Origin: Promethearchaeota archaeon | GTDB taxonomy: Archaea > Asgardarchaeota > Lokiarchaeia > Sigyniarchaeales > SOKP01 | Direction of reading: 5' to 3' | Assembly (NCBI GenBank): GCA_004524365.1 | Contig: SDNL01000002.1 | Span: forward strand, 1-49,074 | Length of the DNA stretch: 49,074 nt | In this document: positions 1 to 8,379 of the stretch, one piece after another | Numbering within the stretch: the first letter of the stretch is position 1 | How the letters are laid out: each line of letters starts with the position of its first letter | Made by a program: the position numbers and the translations under genes | The notes under the pieces: model-generated | What the model saw: only the letters and a program-made list of their open reading frames with translations | Database searches by the model: none | What the model was told of the DNA's origin: nothing

Positions 1-1496
1 CACCCAAGACTTGTAAGCATTCCTTCCCATAATGGAAAATATTTGTGGAAATAGAGGGAACGTGGTATACCCACCTTCAATCTTTTCGTCTTTTTCTTAT
101 AATTCGTCTTTTCTATCTTTTTCTTATAATTCGTCTTTTCGTACAATTCTCGAAATAAGTTTTTGGGATCCGTTCGTTCTTTCACTTTATCATATAATTC
201 CTTGTTATATACCTTCCAGAACAAGTCTTCCTCATAATAATTGTGAGTTATCAGAGTTTTCATTCCTCTGAGCTCATAAACCTTTTCTTCTAGCGCTTTA
301 TAGTAGTTAAATCCCTTTCTTTTTTGCTCAAACCCGTAGATTGCAAAATCTATGAAGAGCTCATCCTCGATAGGACTGACCATTTCTTGATTAAGCCACG
401 GGTAGAACTTGTACCCCTCTAACTTTTCTTTTTGCAGGCGGTATGGGACGATCCAAACTGGGAAGTAATCAAATAACTCCAAGTACCAATTGAAAAATTC
501 TTCTGCGTTTTTGATTGGTATAAAAACATCAACAATCACGTCCGGTTCTCCTCCCTTCTTAGTTAAGAAGGGAAATCGTTCGCTGGCCTTGAGAACGTTT
601 GTCGATCCAAGAATAAAGGGCCCTACTAACCATCTGACTAACTTATTCTCAAAAATTCCTCCAGCAAAATTACGTATCGACCAGTGGCAATCTGCATCAT
701 ACCTGAAAAAGTAATCTGTGGTGGAGAGGAAGTCTTGCTTTCTTTTCATTGCACTTTTGTAATAAATATCTAAGAAATATTTATTCTTGTAAGGAGCTTC
801 CTCCTCATCAACGAAGCTTGCAATGCAGAGTACGTTCTTATTTTCGGAGAAGATAAGCCCGTCCATCATTTCAATGTCTTGCTTTTCGTAATGTTGCTTG
901 ATGGCGTCCAAATATTCACTAAAAGTATCGTAACGGATATAATCGATGCGGACGCACTTTTTTGCTGGAACAAGTTTGAACTTCAAGAGCGTGATGATTG
1001 CGATCGTGCCGAAACTCCCATGCAGCATCTCAAATATTTCAGGGTTATCACTTTTCGAGCATACCATTATGTCACCCGTTCCTGTCACAATCTCTATTTC
1101 TTCACATGAATCGAAAAATCCACCATACTTGAAAGACATGGATTCAACTGAACATCCTGCTACTGCCCCGCCTATCGTAATTCCCTTGAGCTCGGAAACA
1201 CATTGCGGTACGAGCCCATACTTTAAGGTTTCTCTTGCAAGGCTTACAAAAGTAACCCCTGCTTCTGCAATACACGTTCTTGTATCTGGGTCTATCTCAA
1301 TAATGTCCGTAAGTGATCTTACGTCTATCGGCTTGTCACTATATTTCGGATTATCAGGCTGTGGGGCCATGTGGGAAACGCTTGCCTTTTTGAGAGAAAA
1401 ATATTCACCCGGCTTCGCGTTATCATATGCACTTCTAACCATTTCAGAGATCGTTTCTACTTTTCTTTTATGTATTGCTAGTTTTTCTTTGTTCAT
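1..1496 (-). CDS. FAD-binding (PCMH-type) oxidoreductase, DHCR24/DIMINUTO-like; 3' end runs off the window
   Basis: Absent from the ORF track because there is no stop in the window. My minus-strand translation from the ATG at 1496 is open to position 1. It reads MNKEKLAIHKRK...LKGITIGGAVAGCSVESMSFKYGGFFDSCEEIEIVTGTGDIMVCSKSDNPEIFEMLHGSFGTIAIITLLKFKLVPAKK...EEDLFWKVYNKELYDKVKERTDPKNLFRELYEK. This parallels the FAD domain and the C-terminal (R)EEFW..F....Y..LR......F..VY.K pattern of delta24-sterol-reductase-like enzymes. The four plus-strand ORFs listed here are shadows. Confidence 0.75.
   Translation of the reverse strand, partial: MNKEKLAIHKRKVETISEMVRSAYDNAKPGEYFSLKKASVSHMAPQPDNPKYSDKPIDVRSLTDIIEIDPDTRTCIAEAGVTFVSLARETLKYGLVPQCVSELKGITIGGAVAGCSVESMSFKYGGFFDSCEEIEIVTGTGDIMVCSKSDNPEIFEMLHGSFGTIAIITLLKFKLVPAKKCVRIDYIRYDTFSEYLDAIKQHYEKQDIEMMDGLIFSENKNVLCIASFVDEEEAPYKNKYFLDIYYKSAMKRKQDFLSTTDYFFRYDADCHWSIRNFAGGIFENKLVRWLVGPFILGSTNVLKASERFPFLTKKGGEPDVIVDVFIPIKNAEEFFNWYLELFDYFPVWIVPYRLQKEKLEGYKFYPWLNQEMVSPIEDELFIDFAIYGFEQKRKGFNYYKALEEKVYELRGMKTLITHNYYEEDLFWKVYNKELYDKVKERTDPKNLFRELYEKTNYKKKIEKTNYKKKTKRLKVGIPRSLYFHKYFPLWEGMLTSLG
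87..140. repeat. 2 x 27-nt direct repeat inside the tail of the FAD-oxidase ORF
   Basis: cttttt cttataattcgtcttttc occurs at 90-113 and again at 117-140 (period 27 nt). On the minus strand it encodes EKTNYKKKI / EKTNYKKKT. Confidence 0.7.
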
Positions 1497-1702
1497 ATCA
1501 AACACAGTCTTGGATTATAATACGAAACGATACTTTCTAGAATATGGTATTTAAAATGTTTAATTTATGTTAATCTAATATATTAATCTAATGGTTTTTA
1601 AAATCTTTCTTTAAACTTAAAAATTTCTAAATGAACAAAAAATTATATTTTTGGACTTTTTTTTAAAACTTTACTTATATTATATTTTGGAAAATCACAA
1701 AA

Positions 1703-2086
1703 TCACGATTTCTCAAAATTTAAAGATAGAGAATTAATGCAGTAGCGGCATCCCGTTGGTTTCGGCCCGTCATTGAATTTATGACCCAAATGTCCACCGC
1801 AATTCTTGCAAACCACTTCCGTACGCGTCATTCCGAAACTTCTGTCTTCTCTCTCCTCTATTTTCTCTGGGTCCAGAGCCTCATAGAAGCTCGGCCATCC
1901 CGTTCCCGATTTAAATTTCGCATCAGATTTGAATAAGGGGGTGCCACACCCAGCACAGCGATATATTCCCTTTTCTTTACTATTCCAATATTTTCCTGAA
2001 AATGGGGGTTCTGTACCCTTTTCTCGTAGCACGTGATATTCTTTCTTTGTGAGCTCTTCTTTCCATTCTTTATCTGATTTTTCCAT
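1703..2086 (-). CDS. msrB: peptide-methionine (R)-S-oxide reductase
   Basis: 127 aa with two CxxC zinc pairs (CAGCG, CKNCG), GTGWPSF, HLGHKFNDGP and the catalytic RYCINS motif. Confidence 0.9.
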   Translation of the reverse strand: MEKSDKEWKEELTKKEYHVLREKGTEPPFSGKYWNSKEKGIYRCAGCGTPLFKSDAKFKSGTGWPSFYEALDPEKIEEREDRSFGMTRTEVVCKNCGGHLGHKFNDGPKPTGCRYCINSLSLNFEKS

Positions 2087-2300
2087 ATTTCCTCAAATCA
2101 CCTCTGAATTATATGATATTTCATACCATTTTAAACTATTTTTAATGATTTCTTAATTATTTTTTGATTATTAGCTATTTAGATAAGAAATTTCTAATAA
2201 AATCTTATAAAATATAAAAAAAACAATATATTCGTATTAAATAATTAAATGAAAAATGAGAAACCTAAATAAAAGAGAAAAAGGCAATTATAAGAAAGAT

Positions 2301-2732
2301 TTATTCTGGATCATCATAAACGTCTTCTGGATCAAAAATTTTCTTACCAATAAATAACATATTTCCATCCTCGGCGTATTCATTATAAAAACATGAATAA
2401 TATCCTTTATGACATGCACCACCTTTTTGTTCAACTTTTAATAAAATTGAATCATTATCACAGTCAATAATAATATGTTTAATTATCTGAACATGCCCAC
2501 TTGATTCCCCTTTCTTCCATAGTGTTTGTCGTGAGCGGGAATAATAATGTGCATAACCTGTTTTAAGGCTTTTTCGAACTGCCTCCTCATTAGCAAATGC
2601 CAACATTAATATCTCATTTGTTTCAAAATCTTGAGCTACAACAGGGACTAATCCACTTCCAATTTTGGAAAAATCCATAATTTCAATAAAATTATCAATT
2701 TCTTTTTGACTAAATTGTTTCATAATACTCAT
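2301..2732 (-). CDS. hisI: phosphoribosyl-AMP cyclohydrolase
   Basis: LVPVVAQD...YYSRSRQTLWKKGESSGH...IDCDNDSILLKVEQKGGACHKGYYSCFY is the HisI signature. No HisE part is fused. Confidence 0.85.
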   Translation of the reverse strand: MSIMKQFSQKEIDNFIEIMDFSKIGSGLVPVVAQDFETNEILMLAFANEEAVRKSLKTGYAHYYSRSRQTLWKKGESSGHVQIIKHIIIDCDNDSILLKVEQKGGACHKGYYSCFYNEYAEDGNMLFIGKKIFDPEDVYDDPE

Positions 2733-2926
2733 AATCCATTCTTTTGTAAATATTTTTTTATAGATGTATTAAATTATGCAAGATAATTCTTAAAAGTCTT
2801 AAATTAACTGATTAAAAAGTAATCTATTACGAGTAAATAGTTAGATAAGGGGGTTTACTAAAATTTTTATGAAATCGCCTACTCCTCTTATTAATATAAG
2901 AATGATTTTGTAGACATTGAATTAAT

Positions 2927-4057
2927 ATGGCAGAAAAAAACTATTCAATTGACCCTTGGTCCAGTTCGAACATTTTGGAAGAGGATTATGATAGATTGAT
3001 CAATAAGTTTGGAATAGAAAGGATTAATGATATTATGAGAGAACGTTTCAAGGATCATCGATTTATTAGGAGGAAAGTTATATTTGGAAATCGAGATTTA
3101 GACGAAATTTACAAGGCGATAGATAAAGATAAAAAATGGGCTGTAATGTCGGGGATTAAACCTTCTGGTCCTTTTCATTTAGGGACTATGACTACGGCAT
3201 TAGAAATAGTTGAATTCCAGTCTCTTGGTGCCAAAGCGTATTATTGTATTGCAGATATTGAAAGTTATGAAGACAATGGAATCCCCTACGAAGAAGCTGA
3301 AAGCACTGCTGTTGATAACTTAGCAGATATCTTAGCTTTAGGCTTAGATCCCGAAAATGCATATATATATCGACAAAGTGAAGAACCAATTGTAAAAGAC
3401 GTATGTTTTAAAGTTTCAAGACTTGTTACAAATAATATGCTTAAAGCAATTTATGGAAAAAAAACATTCGGTTTATATTTGGCCGCATTAGTTCAATGTG
3501 GAGATATCATCCTTCCACAGATTATGGATGGGGTGCAACCTACTGTTGTTCCCGTGGGAATTGATCAAGACCCTCACATAAGATTAACGAGAGACCTCAC
3601 TCGACGATATTATAAAGAGAAAAAAGTGAACGGAAAAATCATACAAGAGGATTTTTTCTTACCAGGAGCAACATACCATAAACTTCTACCGGGACTAGAT
3701 GGTTCTGAGAAAATGTCAAAGAGAAATCCTAACAGTTATTTTACATTTAATGAACCCCTTGAATCTATAGAGAAAAAAGTACGAAGTGCATTTACTGGAG
3801 GACGAAAAAATATGAAAATGCAAAAAGAGTTAGGGGGCGAACCTCAAAAATGTATGATTTATAAGATATTGACCTATTTTTTCGAAGATGATGATCAACA
3901 ACTTGCAGAAGAATTTGAACAGTGTATTCACGGAGAATTAATGTGTGGTGAACATAAACGTGCTTGTGTTGAAAAGATTATTGAATATGTGAAGGAACAC
4001 CGAAAGAAGAAAGAAAAGAATATAGATAAAGCAAGAGAGATATTAAATATTAATTAA
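2927..4057 (+). CDS. trpS: tryptophan--tRNA ligase (archaeal/eukaryal type)
   Basis: Class I aaRS with a HIGH-like PSGPFHLGT, GIDQDPHIRLTRDL and KMSKS as KMSKR. 376 aa. Confidence 0.8.
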   Translation: MAEKNYSIDPWSSSNILEEDYDRLINKFGIERINDIMRERFKDHRFIRRKVIFGNRDLDEIYKAIDKDKKWAVMSGIKPSGPFHLGTMTTALEIVEFQSLGAKAYYCIADIESYEDNGIPYEEAESTAVDNLADILALGLDPENAYIYRQSEEPIVKDVCFKVSRLVTNNMLKAIYGKKTFGLYLAALVQCGDIILPQIMDGVQPTVVPVGIDQDPHIRLTRDLTRRYYKEKKVNGKIIQEDFFLPGATYHKLLPGLDGSEKMSKRNPNSYFTFNEPLESIEKKVRSAFTGGRKNMKMQKELGGEPQKCMIYKILTYFFEDDDQQLAEEFEQCIHGELMCGEHKRACVEKIIEYVKEHRKKKEKNIDKAREILNIN

Positions 4058-5013
4058 AGCGTGTCTAATTCTTGACCTTGGGTATAAAATGAAGCATCCA
4101 GCGATTTTAAAATTTTTTTAAGTTTTTCAACAAACGGTGAAAAATTCTCCATAAATTCCTTTTTTTCTTGGTCGCTAAGTACAATTGATACATAATAAAC
4201 ACGTTCTTGGACTTCAATTCTGTGTAAATAAGAAAGAAATCCTTTATCAATAGTGAAAAAGTTCTGCTCTTGTTCCTCTTCATCCATTCTCTTCAATAAA
4301 TAAATGTGCTCTTTTATCTTATCCAGAAAATCAAAATATAGCTCTGGTTTGAGGGTATCGGCATAATATTCTGAGATAATTATCCCGTTTTTATCAAATA
4401 AGATAAGCGACGAACAACTAAATTTATCCAAGGAAGTTTCCATGTAAAGAGAAAGCTCAAAGAATTTTCCATCAAATACAGAAAGTCCATATGAAATTAA
4501 CTGTACAATTGAAATTATATCATAAATAGAGGTTTGTTGGAAAAGGATATTAAATGATGTAAACATCTCTTTGATCTTTTCCCTAAGCATTTCAATATCT
4601 TCATTTATTTGGTCATAATTACGAAGTTTTGGATCATATTTATGAAAAGTAACGATTAAGGGAATATTTATTTCATTTTCTATAAAAAAGTCCAATATAG
4701 TGGCCAAATATTCTAATGATTCATCGAATTTTTCCCTATCTTGGATATCTATAGTATATATTAAAAGATTTGTCCCAGCAAAATACACTCCAGGTCGACT
4801 TAAATAAAGTCTCCTATATTTTTCCTGACCACCCATATCCCAGAACACTGTTTCTCGACCGAGAAAGCTTGTCCTCCGATATTCCACTTTGATTGTAGGT
4901 TTAAGTTGGTGAACTTCATCGACAAAATCATATTTTTTATCTAGAGCTGTAAGAATAGATGTCTTACCGGCGTTGTGAAGTCCTGCGATAACTATCTTTA
5001 AAGGATCAACCAT
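4054..5013 (-). CDS. Arf/Rag(Gtr)-family small GTPase with C-terminal roadblock-like domain
   Basis: G1 GLHNAGKTS, switch I KPTIKVE, G3 WDMGGQE, and G4 as HKYD (His as in Rag/Gtr HKxD, not NKxD). The roughly 150-aa C-terminal alpha/beta domain ends FLSYLHRIEVQERVYYVSIVLSDQ...FVEKLKKIL. This parallels the RagA roadblock domain ([21 protein letters not shown]...HFEKLE). At 319 aa it is similar in size to RagA/Gtr1. Confidence 0.6.
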   Translation of the reverse strand: MVDPLKIVIAGLHNAGKTSILTALDKKYDFVDEVHQLKPTIKVEYRRTSFLGRETVFWDMGGQEKYRRLYLSRPGVYFAGTNLLIYTIDIQDREKFDESLEYLATILDFFIENEINIPLIVTFHKYDPKLRNYDQINEDIEMLREKIKEMFTSFNILFQQTSIYDIISIVQLISYGLSVFDGKFFELSLYMETSLDKFSCSSLILFDKNGIIISEYYADTLKPELYFDFLDKIKEHIYLLKRMDEEEQEQNFFTIDKGFLSYLHRIEVQERVYYVSIVLSDQEKKEFMENFSPFVEKLKKILKSLDASFYTQGQELDTL

Positions 5014-5326
5014 TTAATCACTTTTCGTTTGTTAAATAATAAAGTTAAATAATAAAAACTTTTTGAGTTCTATTTTTTATTAATATTTAACTTTATTTAT
5101 ACTATTTAATATTTTTAATGTTTCTTATGAATTATGTATATTTCCATATTTATTTAAACTTATTCCCCAATTCAAAAAATAATATTGATAGATTCTTAAA
5201 AATATTTGCATAAAGGTCTTAATCTTCAGAAAATCTAAGTCTAAAATCTCTCTTATGCTTAAGTTAACATAATAACTTTAAAGCGTTTTTTTCTTATTTA
5301 TATCTTAATTAAAGAAATAATAAGGA

Positions 5327-5749
5327 TTATTCTCCTATAATCGTACAATAGATTTTTCTTGTTCTACTCTTCTCATCAAATTCTAAGTAAATTATTTGTT
5401 GCCACGTGCCATGGACGACTTTTCCATTTTGAACTGGAAAAGTTTCGGAAGTACCGATGAGAAAGGAGCGCAAATGTCCTGCTCCGTTATGATCCCCCCA
5501 TGTTTGATGGTGTGCATAATCTTTATTATAGGGGATTATTTTTTCGAGAAATTCTTCTATATCCGTTTTCATTAATCCTGGCTCATTCTCCGTAGTTGAG
5601 ATTCCCCCCGTAGAGCCCGCTACATGAACATTCACTAATCCGTCGCGTATACCACTTTCATTTACGGCTTGCTGAACTTGAGAGGTAATATCATGAATAT
5701 CACATTTGGGTTGGGTTTGAATATTAAATGTTTTTATTTTTACTGTCAT
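5327..5749 (-). CDS. YjbQ/UPF0047 family protein (secondary thiamine-phosphate synthase family)
   Basis: HVAGSTGGISTTENEPGL...DHNGAGHLRSFLIGTSETFPV..GK...GTWQQI.YLEFD is the typical YjbQ pattern. 140 aa. Confidence 0.8.
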   Translation of the reverse strand: MTVKIKTFNIQTQPKCDIHDITSQVQQAVNESGIRDGLVNVHVAGSTGGISTTENEPGLMKTDIEEFLEKIIPYNKDYAHHQTWGDHNGAGHLRSFLIGTSETFPVQNGKVVHGTWQQIIYLEFDEKSRTRKIYCTIIGE

Positions 5750-5879
5750 TTTTTAGTCTCTATTGAATAAATTAAATTTAAATGTAATTAAATAAGGATA
5801 ATGGTAATAATTAATGCATTTTTTTAAATTTAAGTTAGAAAAACTATTATTAATTTAATAAATTTATTTCATCTTTTCA

Positions 5880-6917
5880 TTAATCTTTTTCTTTAATACA
5901 TGATTCTAAACTCTTTATTTGCTTTAGGATGGCTTTTGGAAGGCTTTCCTCTTCGGCGTCATTTAAAATCAGAATTTTGGACAAAACAAGAAGCTCTTTT
6001 TGGTATATTCCTTCTATATTGCTCCATCCCTTACTTTTGGCTTCAATACAGATAAAATTATTTATCCTCTTTTTTCTCATACAAGTATAATTCTTACAAT
6101 TTAAGCAATTTTTAGGAGTAAAATAAGCATCTCCATTCCTGAGAAAAATTGAGAACTCCCCCAAATTTTTATTATCTAATATTATCCAATCAGAATCTAC
6201 GACTCTGAAGGGTATTTTTAATTGATATAGGTATTTCTTTAACATTTTTGTATTAAGTCTTCTATTCAATTCAGAAGATGACTGTTCTGGTTCGAAATAG
6301 TCCTCACATGTATATTTAATATTATTTTTATTATTCACTATATTCATAAGAGGGATGAAATTTATAACAAAATGATCATTAAGTTTACCTTCCTTCATAT
6401 TCTTTCTAAAAAGTGAGCTAATTTGAGAAAAGACACTTTTTTCATCAAAAATTTTATTGAATTCAAATTTATGTGTGCTTAGTAAACTAAGAAATTTACT
6501 TGTGGAAAAATAAGCATTTTTAATATCTTGAACGGTTTTATCTTTTAAAATAATGCAAAAAAGGATGGTGATAACAGGTAGTCTAATGATAATCTCTTTA
6601 TAATAATCAAGCATTTGCTCCACATTATCTTCTGAAATAAATACAATTACTGCTTCAGCACCGGTATAATACATTGTTCTTACAAAAACCCGTTCCAATT
6701 TACAAGAAATATTCCAAAGATAAAAATCATAAATTTTATTATAAGGAACTTTAGAAATATTTACTCCAATAGTATTCTTATTTTTAAGAGAGAATCCTGT
6801 TTTACTAACTATTTCTTGAAATCTATCCTTTATTTGCTCCACTCCTCCTAAAAGTAAGATTTTTTTCTTATAATATTTCCTTGCAGAGCTTCTACTTTTT
6901 TGCGAAGAAGTCACCAT
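5880..6917 (-). CDS. Rab/Ras-fold pseudo-GTPase with Cys-containing C-terminal domain
   Basis: The G-domain scaffold is retained: KILLLG, switch-I-like TIGVNISKV, YYTGAEAVIVF. The nucleotide motifs are lost. The P-loop is GGVEQIKDRF, DxxGQ is NISCKLE, and NKxD is ILKD. The C-terminal roughly 170 aa contains CLNCKNYTC...FIC. The ATG at 6917 is preferred; the ORF track starts at an upstream GTG (6932). Confidence 0.55.
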   Translation of the reverse strand: MVTSSQKSRSSARKYYKKKILLLGGVEQIKDRFQEIVSKTGFSLKNKNTIGVNISKVPYNKIYDFYLWNISCKLERVFVRTMYYTGAEAVIVFISEDNVEQMLDYYKEIIIRLPVITILFCIILKDKTVQDIKNAYFSTSKFLSLLSTHKFEFNKIFDEKSVFSQISSLFRKNMKEGKLNDHFVINFIPLMNIVNNKNNIKYTCEDYFEPEQSSSELNRRLNTKMLKKYLYQLKIPFRVVDSDWIILDNKNLGEFSIFLRNGDAYFTPKNCLNCKNYTCMRKKRINNFICIEAKSKGWSNIEGIYQKELLVLSKILILNDAEEESLPKAILKQIKSLESCIKEKD

Positions 6918-7153
6918 AGCTTCATTCCCCACAGAATATATTAATATTTACAAGTTTTTTATTATGAGCAATTATCAATAAATGTAAAGCATAGATAATA
7001 AATATGGAACTTTTTTCAATTTTTTCTTAAGATCTTGTTCGTTTGATTATCTTTTTTTTAATTATTAACTAGCAAAAAATTACTATTTTTTTGGGCTTTA
7101 ATAATAAAGAATAAGTATTTTCAATAATTTAGTTTAGTAGGAGCTGATTAAAT

Positions 7154-7597
7154 ATGGGACCCAAAGTTGGCTACGATAAATACAAGGAGTTTATAGATAA
7201 GATTCATGATAAGAAAAATGATATCCCGGAATACATTTCTATAATCATTCGAGAAGGAAAGAAAAAGGATATTATTGATGTTAAAATAAGAAAACTTGAA
7301 TCTAATATTTTAAAAATAATGGCACACGAACAAGAAAAGAAAGGATGGTACACTCATTCTTATCATATCCCTTTAAAAAACCTCGGATTGGATGATGATG
7401 CAAAAAATAAAAACATTTTACCATATCTAAATCATCCCGCCAAAATAATGAGTGATAAGACAACACAAGAAACCGTGAAGGAACTAATAGAAAAATATGT
7501 AGAAGTTATAAGTGAGAGAAAAAAACATTTCTTCCATACTGCGCGCTATAAAGCTAAAAAAGACTATAGTGGCGGGCGTAAAATGAAAGGATTTTAA
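7154..7597 (+). CDS. hypothetical protein (charged, helical)
   Basis: 147-aa ORF with an ATG start and GGAG 11 nt upstream. I recognise no family motif. Confidence 0.5.
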   Translation: MGPKVGYDKYKEFIDKIHDKKNDIPEYISIIIREGKKKDIIDVKIRKLESNILKIMAHEQEKKGWYTHSYHIPLKNLGLDDDAKNKNILPYLNHPAKIMSDKTTQETVKELIEKYVEVISERKKHFFHTARYKAKKDYSGGRKMKGF

Positions 7598-7624
7598 GGA
7601 ATATTTAATAAAATAAAGGATGGG

Positions 7625-8296
7625 TTAAGAATCTTTTAGAGTTAGAAAAACAGTTTCTCCACTCATTACATATTCTAACACAATGTTAAATTTCTTTTCC
7701 ATATATTCCGATATAGCATTAATTATTCCTTGAGCAATACCTATTATGAATTGAGGGGATATTGTATCTTTAATTACGATAGTTTTATCTTCAGACTTAA
7801 TATCTTCTATATCTGAAATATTTTTAAAAATAGGGGCAATTTCATTTTTTAAAACTAATTTTGGATCTATTTTAAAAGAGGCACCTAACTTGATTACTGG
7901 TTCCCTTCTTTTATTCCATAAATAATGACCAATTTTTTTTCCTGCTATAAATAAATTTTCAGGTTCTTGAATTTCTGATAATAATAGAGATAAAAATGCT
8001 AAAAATTCCTTTGAAGGGTCTTTTTTTGCTTTAATTTTTTCAACTTTTTTTATTATTTCTGCTTGTGGCATTTTTGTTTTTACAACCACAGAGGATTCAT
8101 TATCTTTCACGAGAATAATTCTTTCAATACCCCTGACGTTATAATTCTTATCTACATAAACCGTTACAAAATGATCGTTATGAGAAACAAGTATTGGTAC
8201 TATTGATGATAAATTTAATTCAGTTTCTATGGATTTCGGGTCTATTTCATAGGTTATGATTTCACCACAAGTACATTCGAATCTAATTGATGTCAT
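7625..8296 (-). CDS. hypothetical protein: N-terminal Cys-pair module plus possible V4R-like C-terminal domain
   Basis: 223 aa. The N-terminus (FECTCGE...HNDHFVTVYVDKNYNVRG) shares a pattern with ORF 37341-38195. The C-terminal half (FIAGKKIGHYLW...VIKDTISPQFIIGIAQGIINAISEYM...VFLTLK) loosely fits a V4R/Bet3-like layout. Confidence 0.5.
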   Translation of the reverse strand: MTSIRFECTCGEIITYEIDPKSIETELNLSSIVPILVSHNDHFVTVYVDKNYNVRGIERIILVKDNESSVVVKTKMPQAEIIKKVEKIKAKKDPSKEFLAFLSLLLSEIQEPENLFIAGKKIGHYLWNKRREPVIKLGASFKIDPKLVLKNEIAPIFKNISDIEDIKSEDKTIVIKDTISPQFIIGIAQGIINAISEYMEKKFNIVLEYVMSGETVFLTLKDS

Positions 8297-8379
8297 TTTT
8301 TGAGTTGTTTCTATTATTTCATATATATTAGTATATCCTTATAATTCTTAAAAGGTTTTTTTTAATTAAAAAAAAAGAA

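Noticed and set aside
32-1554. Four plus-strand ORFs (32-271, 490-714, 879-1109, 946-1554) in the supplied track
   Set aside because: They have low-complexity, family-less sequences. The opposite strand carries one uninterrupted reading frame with clear FAD-oxidase motifs, so these are antisense shadow ORFs.
1-2086. Elevated GC of the first two genes as evidence for a horizontally acquired island
   Set aside because: Sampled lines give about 43-50% GC, but conserved enzymes elsewhere (glyA, por subunits) reach 40-52% in sampled lines too. The intergenic DNA here is as AT-rich as the rest. The point is not decidable without a proper compositional or phylogenetic analysis.
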